From Nitrososphaerota archaeon (GTDB lineage: Archaea > Thermoproteota > Nitrososphaeria > Nitrososphaerales > UBA57): 5,531 nt of DNA. The stretch is taken from positions 1-5,531 of the forward strand of contig JACAFS010000058.1 in NCBI GenBank assembly GCA_013378385.1. The letters are read 5' to 3'. Position numbers and translations under genes: made by a program. The number at the start of each line of letters is the position of its first letter. Position 1 is the first letter of the stretch. Positions 4,473 to 5,531 of this stretch are shown one piece after another. Below the pieces are notes generated by a model. It saw nothing but the letters and a program-made list of their open reading frames with translations. It was not told the origin of the DNA and ran no database searches.

Positions 4473-5531
4473 TCTTTCCAAAATCCTCTTGTAGTTACAT
4501 AAACTTTTTCTGCAAAATATATCTTTCTAAATAAGTCCTCTTCATCTGTTCTATTTCTTAATACCCTTGCTGCAGTATCTGGGCCTATTCCATAAGCTGA
4601 TAGTGTAATTATTGCTTCTTTACCATAATTCTGTATTAATGATGAAACTTTCCATAATTTTCTATAATATATGTTCTCATCACGCGTTAATTTCTTCTTT
4701 TTCTGTTTCTTTTTGATAATTCTTCCAATTTCCATGTCTGATATGTATGTACGTGTAACAATTCTTGATTTACATCTTGGACAATTAATCTCTGCATTCA
4801 TTAAATTTTTTGGTTTAATCACTGTCTCCCAATTACCACAAGTTAAACACAATAGTTTGTTATTTGTTTCTTCTAATCTCTTTTTTACTAATTCAATGAT
4901 ACTTTTTTCAACTGTTAATGGTAGTGCCGCAAACGTCCTAGCATAATCTAATATTGGTCTTGATAAAGCTGAAAATTCTGATACTTTTACATATTTAATT
5001 GTAATTATTTCTTGTTTGATCTTCTCCATTATCTCTAATGTATTTTTTAAATCATATTTTTCAAGAATTAATTCTCTCATTATTTCTCTATCTAATGGCG
5101 TATTTTTGAATCTCTCTCTTATAAGACGTGCAGCTCGTTTATCATATTTTGAATCTTTACTTACAACTCCAAATCTCTTTGCAACATGCCATGTTTTCCA
5201 ATTAAGGGGATGGGTTCCTATTACGGCAACTTCTAATACACTCTTAAAATCTATTTCTTGTTTTAGCGTTTCTTTTATGTATTCTTGAGATAGTTGACCC
5301 CGTGACGATAGTGATATTCTGTACGCATCCGATTTTGAATCTACTAAATAACCATTCTTTGAAGATATTATGGTTGATAGTAATGTAGATAATGTTTGAT
5401 TAACTCTAGAACCCAAACATGAATGTATCACTATTGACTTATTTGTAATTGACTGTTCAATCACCAGCGTCTTTTCATCTGGAATCATTCCTAGGGTATT
5501 TTTTGTATCATCAATAATTTGTTTTTGTTCA
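4469..5531 (-). CDS. lhr: Lhr-type (DEAD/H-associated domain) ATP-dependent helicase, C-terminal about 354 aa only; the N-terminal helicase core lies beyond the right window edge
   Basis: The frame of the 339-aa track ORF remains open upstream of Met 5488 to the window edge (EQKQIIDDTKNTLG-MIPDEKTLVIEQ...). MIPDEKTLVIE...IVIHSCLGSRVNQTL resembles the Lhr-core segment (P-x-D-x-T-L-V-V-E ... H-S-x-x-G-x-R-V-N) that follows the RecA domains. No helicase ATPase motifs are visible in the window, as expected for a C-terminal fragment. It ends ...TTRGFWKE-TGA at 4471..4469. Confidence 0.65.
   Translation of the reverse strand, partial: EQKQIIDDTKNTLGMIPDEKTLVIEQSITNKSIVIHSCLGSRVNQTLSTLLSTIISSKNGYLVDSKSDAYRISLSSRGQLSQEYIKETLKQEIDFKSVLEVAVIGTHPLNWKTWHVAKRFGVVSKDSKYDKRAARLIRERFKNTPLDREIMRELILEKYDLKNTLEIMEKIKQEIITIKYVKVSEFSALSRPILDYARTFAALPLTVEKSIIELVKKRLEETNNKLLCLTCGNWETVIKPKNLMNAEINCPRCKSRIVTRTYISDMEIGRIIKKKQKKKKLTRDENIYYRKLWKVSSLIQNYGKEAIITLSAYGIGPDTAARVLRNRTDEEDLFRKIYFAEKVYVTTRGFWKE

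Noticed and set aside
4479-4481. TTG at 4481 as the DHH gene start (track model, MERMKEE...)
   Set aside because: An ATG three codons downstream (4472) forms a canonical ATGA overlap with the upstream stop and leaves motif I at a normal distance from the N-terminus. The TTG cannot be strictly excluded.
4028-4534. Plus-strand ORFs 4028..4228 (66 aa) and 4316..4534 (72 aa)
   Set aside because: Both are antisense to the DHH phosphoesterase gene. They are Leu/Phe/Ser-rich low-complexity translations with no start context.
4691-4714. A-rich tract aaaaagaaacagaaaaagaagaaa (minus strand) as a possible slippery or frameshift site or internal poly(A) signal
   Set aside because: The frame reads through cleanly as KKKQKKKK, with conserved-looking sequence on both sides. 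No alternative frame continues meaningfully, so it is more simply a basic patch.
4671-5288. Plus-strand ORFs 4671..4946 (91 aa) and 5016..5288 (90 aa)
   Set aside because: Both are antisense to the Lhr-like C-terminal domain. They are hydrophobic and low-complexity because they are complements of Lys/Glu/Ile-rich codons, so they are shadow ORFs.
1-5531. Mobile element, genomic island, or defence or toxin-antitoxin system
   Set aside because: There is no transposase, integrase or recombinase ORF, no terminal inverted or direct repeats flanking a block, and no tRNA attachment site. Apart from the dnaG repeat there is no compositional break. All five genes have housekeeping-type assignments.

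Overview
AT-rich segment, apparently from an archaeal chromosome because it carries an archaeal-type DnaG. Any finer taxonomic guess is unverified. It is densely packed with five protein-coding genes and looks like ordinary housekeeping sequence. I see no rRNA, tRNA, CRISPR array, transposase, integrase or recognisable defence system. Gene order: (1) 1..968 minus, archaeal DnaG/TOPRIM primase. It is absent from the ORF track because its C-terminus runs off the left edge. (2) 1033..2055 minus, FAD-dependent oxidoreductase of the geranylgeranyl-reductase family. (3) 2163..3497 plus, small-type NAD(P) malic enzyme. (4) 3498..4472 minus, DHH/DHHA1 (NrnA/RecJ-like) phosphoesterase. (5) 4469..5531 minus, C-terminal third of an Lhr-type helicase. 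Its frame stays open to the right edge, so the Met at 5488 in the track is internal. Most unusual observations: (a) DnaG ends in a perfect 39-bp (13-aa) tandem repeat encoding a Tyr/Arg/Gly-rich [EGGYQRR-DNYQRR]n tail. The repeat is compositionally unlike the rest of the window and continues off the window. (b) The Lhr-like helicase and the DHH phosphoesterase share an ATGA stop/start overlap, suggesting a helicase-nuclease operon. (c) The helicase C-terminus has a CxxC...CxxC zinc ribbon, a poly-Lys patch and a helix-hairpin-helix motif. (d) Three of the four visible starts must be non-ATG (TTG/GTG), and two gene starts share a near-identical 19-nt context. (e) A GGTGTTAATT motif is duplicated in the dnaG upstream region. 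I cannot support a wholly new multi-gene system from this window. These leads are modest and all need database or experimental checks.
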